Shown here in pieces: positions 58,701-64,000 of a stretch of DNA of 64,000 bases. Position numbers and translations under genes: made by a program. Location of the stretch: contig JBEQBC010000003.1 of assembly GCA_041640035.1 (NCBI GenBank), positions 1 to 64,000 on the forward strand, read 5' to 3'. Position 1 is the first letter of the stretch. The number at the start of each line of letters is the position of its first letter. Origin of the DNA: Candidatus Nanohaloarchaea archaeon. GTDB lineage: Archaea > Nanohalarchaeota > Nanosalinia > Nanosalinales > Nanosalinaceae. The notes beneath the pieces were generated by a model. It was not told the origin of the DNA, ran no database searches, and worked only from the letters and a program-made list of their open reading frames with translations.

Positions 58701-59651
58701 ATGATGGATAGTAAGTACCGTGAATATCTTTCAGTATATCTGAAAGGTCTAGGAATGGGTACAGCCGACGCAATACCCGGTGTTTCTGGAGGAACGATTG
58801 CACTCATCACAGGCATCTATCAGCGACTGATACATGCGATATCAGCGATTGATGTTTACACAGGCCTGGACATGCTGAAAGCTCTAGGAAGCGGAGATAA
58901 AGATAATCTCAAACAGGAAATAGACGATATAGACGGCTACTTCCTCGTATCACTCGCCGCCGGTATCATGACGGCGCTCTTCTTCGTACTGAACCTGATG
59001 CATTACCTACTGGCAAACCACACAGTTATCACCTATGGATTCTTCTTCGGACTGATAGCAGCCTCAGCCATATTATTATTCAGCCAAGCACAGCTTCAAA
59101 CACATAGAAGCCGTATAGCAGCTTTAACCGGTTTTTTGACAGCTTTCCTGCTCTCAGGTTATGGAGCTGCCACGCTTGGAAACAGCTTACCAGTCTTGTT
59201 TATTTCGGGCGCGGTTGCTGTCAGCGCGATGCTGCTTCCCGGTATCTCCGGATCTCTTATCCTGGTTATTATGGGGCAGTATGATTTCATGACTTCTGCT
59301 CTCTCAGACTTCACTGATGCTGTGATAAGTATCGGAGACACAGGTCTTGATGGAGTTGCTGAATCAGCTCCTCCTATAGTAGTTTTTGTTTTTGGAGCAG
59401 TTGTAGGTGTGTTTTCAGTTGCTAATCTGGTTCAGAAAGCGCTTGATAATTATAGGCAGGCTACGATGGCGTTCCTTGTAAGTATGATTGTTGGAGCGCT
59501 TCGTGCACCGGTCGCAGAAGTAAATATCTTCCTTGCAGAACAATCAACTACATGGATAACGGTACTTCCGTCCTTCGTGGGCTCAGCGATTTTCGGCGGC
59601 TTACTTGTCGGAGCGGTAAGTTTCTTTACTTCAGCGGATCCTATATCTTAG
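58701..59651 (+). CDS. DUF368 family membrane protein (polyprenyl-phosphate translocase family)
   Basis: Repeated PGVSGG and LPGISGS motifs, FFFGLI. Confidence 0.92.
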   Translation: MMDSKYREYLSVYLKGLGMGTADAIPGVSGGTIALITGIYQRLIHAISAIDVYTGLDMLKALGSGDKDNLKQEIDDIDGYFLVSLAAGIMTALFFVLNLMHYLLANHTVITYGFFFGLIAASAILLFSQAQLQTHRSRIAALTGFLTAFLLSGYGAATLGNSLPVLFISGAVAVSAMLLPGISGSLILVIMGQYDFMTSALSDFTDAVISIGDTGLDGVAESAPPIVVFVFGAVVGVFSVANLVQKALDNYRQATMAFLVSMIVGALRAPVAEVNIFLAEQSTTWITVLPSFVGSAIFGGLLVGAVSFFTSADPIS

Positions 59652-60869
59652 GATGGCCGCGATTCCTCCCATGTTCATCAATCTCTGTCCTTCCTCATGA
59701 TCTGTAGAAATTATCTCTAGCTCTGAGCTCATTTCCTCAGCTTTCTTACCCAGTACATCGACGATATCTCCCAGTTCTTCTAGAGACATGGATTCTCCGC
59801 ATTCTGGGCATTCTATCTCGTCAGCTATGTCAGCTTCTTCCTCGTAAATTCGTTCCTCGTGGCCGTTTTCACATTCGTAGATTGCTTCGTACATGTTGAC
59901 ATCTTCGGATATCAGTACTGTGTCTACAGCTCCGATCTTCATTGCTTCATGGACCTGGTCTATACCGTACTCTGATTTGCCATTATCTGTTTTCAGGTTC
60001 TCATAGAACTTGTTAACGAGGTTGCGCTCCTTGACAACTTGGCTGTCTTCGATAGATTCTTCTGCTTTGTCGACTAGTCTTGAAAGTCCTGCTTCTCCGG
60101 ATACATCCAGGGATTTCACATCGATAATTTCGTCCTGCAGTGCCTGGTGAAGGTGGTCGTCGTCAACAAGTTTGTCCTTCACGAATCCTGGTCCTCCTAT
60201 TATCAGGCCTAGAAGGTTGCCTTCTCGTGCTTTCTTCATGAATGCGTTCTTTGCTTTCTCTGCTATTTCGTCAAGGAATGTCTTCAGCATCTCCTCTCTG
60301 AGACGGGAGAAACGCTGTGCTGACTGCCCTCCGGCCTTGGTCTTACCAGGGACATTAGATTCAAGTGTGTAGACTGTCTTGATACTTGAACCCTGAAGAT
60401 AACCAATCGCAGCCTCGTTCTTATCAGCAACAATCAGGCCGTACACACGGTCATCAACGACCATCTCTTTCAAGGGTTCGAGTACGAACTCTTTGTCGCA
60501 CCTGTAGTGCCGGGATTCGATTGGCTGAGGTGGCTGTACCTCCCATATCTGGATATCTGGTCGTCCTTCAGTATCTGAAACATTTCCTGCGAAGAAAGCT
60601 ACTCCGTTCTCAGGTGTGGTCTGCTCTTCCTTCACTTTACGGCCGATTTTGCCCAGTGCGTCCTGAACATTGGTCCGTGTATGTTTGGACTTGATGTTCT
60701 CTGCCTCGGACTGTTCGCTTGTGATGAAGTCCGAGATCTTGGACATATCGTAACCGGCCGGGATGTAGAGTGAGACCAGTTCGGTGTTACGGCCTCTGAT
60801 ATCCTCGAGGTCGCTGATCAGTTTCTTCAATTGGTACTTGTTCATTCCGTGGTTTTCGTCTTTGCTCAT
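59631..60869 (-). CDS. prf1: Peptide chain release factor aRF1
   Basis: TELVSLYIP, NIKS, YRCD, GGQSAQRF, GGIAAILRY. Confidence 0.97.
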   Translation of the reverse strand: MSKDENHGMNKYQLKKLISDLEDIRGRNTELVSLYIPAGYDMSKISDFITSEQSEAENIKSKHTRTNVQDALGKIGRKVKEEQTTPENGVAFFAGNVSDTEGRPDIQIWEVQPPQPIESRHYRCDKEFVLEPLKEMVVDDRVYGLIVADKNEAAIGYLQGSSIKTVYTLESNVPGKTKAGGQSAQRFSRLREEMLKTFLDEIAEKAKNAFMKKAREGNLLGLIIGGPGFVKDKLVDDDHLHQALQDEIIDVKSLDVSGEAGLSRLVDKAEESIEDSQVVKERNLVNKFYENLKTDNGKSEYGIDQVHEAMKIGAVDTVLISEDVNMYEAIYECENGHEERIYEEEADIADEIECPECGESMSLEELGDIVDVLGKKAEEMSSELEIISTDHEEGQRLMNMGGIAAILRYRIR

Positions 60870-60895
60870 ATCTTTAGATGGCGAAGTGAATTCTT

Positions 60896-61639
60896 TTAAC
60901 TCAAATCAATCCGTTGACGGGATACCTCAAGGTACTCTTCGTCGCTGCAGAATATCTCCATACACTTCGTACCCTCGAAATCCGACAGGAATTCCTCGAG
61001 CTGGTCAAAGTCTATTTCTCCAACTCCTATCGGAAGGTGAAGATCCTCTCCTTCACGAGTATCCTGTAAATGAAGATGTGAGACCTGTTCTCCGTATTCT
61101 GCGATGAACATCTCTAGTTCTTCCTGTCCGACTTCAGCGAATCCGTGTCCGGTGTCCAGACACATTGAGAACTCTTCTTCTCGGCAGATCTCTCCCAGTT
61201 CCTGCAGTGTGATTCCGTGTATTGAGCCTACATTAACATTCTCGAAGCATATCTCAACTCCGTGTTTCTCGCCCAGGCTGTTTATCACCGTCATCTGGTT
61301 GACCAGTCCGTCGATCGATTCCTGTATATCTACAGTGTATCGGCAGTCGACATGGACAACTGCTTTATCAGCTTCAAGCTGTGAAGAGAACTCCAGCAGT
61401 CTGTCGAAGTAGTCAACAAGTGCTTCGTCCAGTTCTTCTACGCCGCTGTAAAGTGGCTGTCGGAAAGGAAGATGTACAATCAGGTCAAGACCTTTATCCT
61501 CCAGGTCCTGCCTGATCTGCTGTGCATCCAGTTCCTCTAAAGGTACTTCGCCTTCTCCTAGCGACAGCTCCACGAAGTCGTATTTCTCGTCTATTTCCGG
61601 GATTCTGTCGGTGTTTGGTCCTATGGAGAGACCGATCAC
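60896..61639 (-). CDS. Sugar-phosphate isomerase/AP-endonuclease-2 family TIM barrel
   Basis: VHLP, VVH, FEN, LDTGH, HLQD, DLHLPIG.G.ID, E. Confidence 0.82.
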   Translation of the reverse strand: MIGLSIGPNTDRIPEIDEKYDFVELSLGEGEVPLEELDAQQIRQDLEDKGLDLIVHLPFRQPLYSGVEELDEALVDYFDRLLEFSSQLEADKAVVHVDCRYTVDIQESIDGLVNQMTVINSLGEKHGVEICFENVNVGSIHGITLQELGEICREEEFSMCLDTGHGFAEVGQEELEMFIAEYGEQVSHLHLQDTREGEDLHLPIGVGEIDFDQLEEFLSDFEGTKCMEIFCSDEEYLEVSRQRIDLS

Positions 61640-64000
61640 TTGATTACCACCAGTATATTCTCTGCTTCGATCATCTCTCCATGTCCGGTGTAAGTTCTTT
61701 CCTCTTCAACTTCGTACATCTCCGGCGCCAGGTGTTCGTCTGCTACGACGAGTTTACCGGCGTCGATGCTGTACTCATTGTTCTCAAGTGCGTCTTCGAT
61801 TTCTCCGACTTTGTCTCCGTACTTTGGACCGGCTTTGGAGTAGTCGAGGCTGATCTCGATAATCTTCTTCTCTGTTTCAGGTTCTCCTTCATGTGTCTCA
61901 AGGTTTTTGATATGCATGACTTCCTTGATTGCGTCCTCGAAACCTGCAATATCTCCATAGATGTGAACTTCTTCCAGTGTCTCGTTCAGACTCATCTGGT
62001 TACCAGTCTTGTATTTACGGAGTGCTGAAATTGCTTCCATAGCGTTCTCTCCTTTGACCGGATCCATCTCGACTTCAAGTGTTTCTGGCCATTCTTCTCT
62101 GTGAATGGTCTGGTTCTCGTACATTTCCTGCCAGATCTCCTCTGTTATGTGTGGCATGATTGGTGCGAACATCTTCAGGAAACTTTTGTGAGCTGCTCTC
62201 AGTGTATGTTCTGTCGAACGGTTCTCTTCATCGCTGAGTTTCTGTTTTGCGATTTCGAGGTAGTCGTCGCAGAAGGTGTTCCAGAACATGTCTCTTAGTT
62301 TGTCTCTGGCCTTTGAGAACTCGTATTCCTGGAAGTGTTCTGTGACTTCTTCGACTGTTTCATCGAGTTCTGCCAGTATCCACTTGTCGACTGCATCTAG
62401 ATCCTCTGTTTCGAGGTCGGCATGGTCCATAGCTGTCAGTTCATCAACCAGCTTGGAGGCGTTCCACATCTTTCTCAAGAGTTTTTCTCCGGAGATGAGG
62501 TCTTTCTCGCTGAAGGCGAGGTCGTCTCCTACGCTGGTTCCTGCGCTCCAGTATCTTGCGGCGTCGACAGGGTAGTCTTTGATGACATTCTGTGGTAGGA
62601 CGACATTTCCTCGGCTTTTGCTCATTTTCTCTCGGTTCTCGTCTAGAACCATTCCGTTGATGGCGACTTCGTCGAAAGGTACTTCTCCGGTGTGTTCAAG
62701 GCATTTGACGACTGTGTGGAAAAGCCAGAAGCTGATGATGTCGTGGCCCTGAGGTCTGAGGTTCATAGGGTAGAGCTCATCTTTCTCCATCTGGTACTCC
62801 TCTTCTTCCTCGTCCCAGTGCCATCCAGCGTTGATCAAAGGTGTCAGTGAGGAAGTTGCCCATGTATCGAATACATCCTCTTCTGCCTCGAAACCGGTTG
62901 ATCCACATTCTGGGCATTCGTTGACCGGTGGTTCGTCTTCGATTGGGTCGACAGGTAGTTCTGTCTTGTCTGCGATGATTTCTTCCCCGCAGTCCTCGCA
63001 GTACCAGACTGGGAACGGTATTCCGCTGTCTCTCTGCCGGCTGATGCACCAGTCCCATTCAAGGCCTTCGATCCAGTGCTCGTACCGTGTAAACATTTTC
63101 TCCGGATACCAGTCCAGGTCTTCTCCTGCTTCAAGATATTTATCCTTCTTGTCGAGCAGTTCGACATACCATTGTTCTTTGACTAGGAACTCGATGCCTG
63201 TGTCGCATCTTTCGTGGACTTTGACTGTGTGGTTGATTGCTCTGCGGTCGATGAGCTTGCCTTCTTCGTCGAGGTCGTCGACTATTTCTTCCCGTGCTTC
63301 TTCGGTTGATAGTCCTGAGTATTTGTCTGCTTTGTCTGTCATCTGTCCGGATTCGTCGATTGCGATCCTCAGGTCTAGGTCGTGTGCTTTGTACCATTCG
63401 ATATCGGTTTCGTCTCCGAATGTGCAGCACATGACGACTCCTGTACCTGTTTCTAGGTCTACTCGGTCGTCTTCGATTATCGGGACCTCGTAGTTGAATA
63501 ATGGTACTTCTGCTTTCTCTCCAGCTAGGTGGTTGTTTGCTTCATCGTCTGGGTGTACGAAGATTGCGACGCATGCTGGAAGTAGTTCTGGTCGTGTTGT
63601 TGAGATTATTATTGAGCCGTGTCCGGTGGCGAGGTCGAACTCGATGTCGTTGAAGTGTGAGTCTTCGTCCATTCCTTCCATTTCTACTTGGCTGATAGCT
63701 GTTTCACATTCTGGGCACCAGATTGCCGGTGCTTTCTCCCGGTACTCCAGGTCTTTCTCGTACAGGTCGATGAATGAGAGCTGTGAGACTTTTTGGACTC
63801 GTGGTTCTATGGTTTTGTATGTGTTGTTCCAGTCCATGGAGAACGCGAACTTCCGCATAATTTCTTGGAAGTCATCTTCGTACTCTTGGCAGACTTCTCT
63901 GACTTTTTCTTGGAATTCTCTGCGGCTGAAGTCTTGGTGTCTGATGTCAAGTTCTTTTTCTGTTAGTCTTTCGCTTGCGATGCCGTTGTTGTCGTATCCG
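61636..64000 (-). CDS. valS: Valyl-tRNA synthetase (N-terminus outside window)
   Basis: TTRPELL, GTGVVMCCTFGD, WCISRQR, DTWATS, KMSKSRGN; frame stays open to the window edge. Confidence 0.95.
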   Translation of the reverse strand, partial: GYDNNGIASERLTEKELDIRHQDFSRREFQEKVREVCQEYEDDFQEIMRKFAFSMDWNNTYKTIEPRVQKVSQLSFIDLYEKDLEYREKAPAIWCPECETAISQVEMEGMDEDSHFNDIEFDLATGHGSIIISTTRPELLPACVAIFVHPDDEANNHLAGEKAEVPLFNYEVPIIEDDRVDLETGTGVVMCCTFGDETDIEWYKAHDLDLRIAIDESGQMTDKADKYSGLSTEEAREEIVDDLDEEGKLIDRRAINHTVKVHERCDTGIEFLVKEQWYVELLDKKDKYLEAGEDLDWYPEKMFTRYEHWIEGLEWDWCISRQRDSGIPFPVWYCEDCGEEIIADKTELPVDPIEDEPPVNECPECGSTGFEAEEDVFDTWATSSLTPLINAGWHWDEEEEEYQMEKDELYPMNLRPQGHDIISFWLFHTVVKCLEHTGEVPFDEVAINGMVLDENREKMSKSRGNVVLPQNVIKDYPVDAARYWSAGTSVGDDLAFSEKDLISGEKLLRKMWNASKLVDELTAMDHADLETEDLDAVDKWILAELDETVEEVTEHFQEYEFSKARDKLRDMFWNTFCDDYLEIAKQKLSDEENRSTEHTLRAAHKSFLKMFAPIMPHITEEIWQEMYENQTIHREEWPETLEVEMDPVKGENAMEAISALRKYKTGNQMSLNETLEEVHIYGDIAGFEDAIKEVMHIKNLETHEGEPETEKKIIEISLDYSKAGPKYGDKVGEIEDALENNEYSIDAGKLVVADEHLAPEMYEVEEERTYTGHGEMIEAENILVVIK

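Noticed and set aside
59631-59651. Convergent 3' overlaps (also 22739-22758, 41415-41423, 44198-44213)
   Set aside because: Common consequence of genome compaction

Overview
Gene-dense archaeal chromosomal segment with a strongly acidic proteome, short or overlapping intergenic spaces and a single-chain PriS-PriL-type primase. This points to a halophilic DPANN archaeon, most likely Nanohaloarchaeota (inference). The left part is the conserved information-processing cluster: rpoL, TFS, PCNA, primase, GINS, L44e, S27e, aIF2a, Nop10, PAC2, rpoK, eno, S2. It is followed by XPB, an ABC exporter, ppa, tRNA-Val(GAC), an intron-containing tRNA(CAU), gltX, RNase J, gatD/gatE and the thermosome. An approximately 11.5 kb type IV pilus locus carries 8 class III signal-peptide proteins, 1 ATPase and 2 platform proteins. 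The right part has RFC, Lhr, a BatA/vWA pair, a V4R pair, TatD, dcd, DUF368, aRF1 and a partial valS. I saw no CRISPR array, rRNA, integrase or transposase. Best leads: (1) the 94-nt tRNA(CAU) intron carries a D'/C' K-turn and an antisense element that, by the N+5 rule, targets its own wobble C34 and competes with the splicing BHB; (2) the last pilin carries an ILEI/GG-type lectin-like domain, a candidate host-glycan adhesin; (3) twin major pilins share DNA-identical flanks around a divergent core; (4) two prion-like or PopZ-like scaffold proteins plus V4R and Roadblock modules; (5) a recurrent 5' AC-rich to 3' GT-rich compositional flip inside genes. All product calls come from motif recognition by eye; no searches were run.
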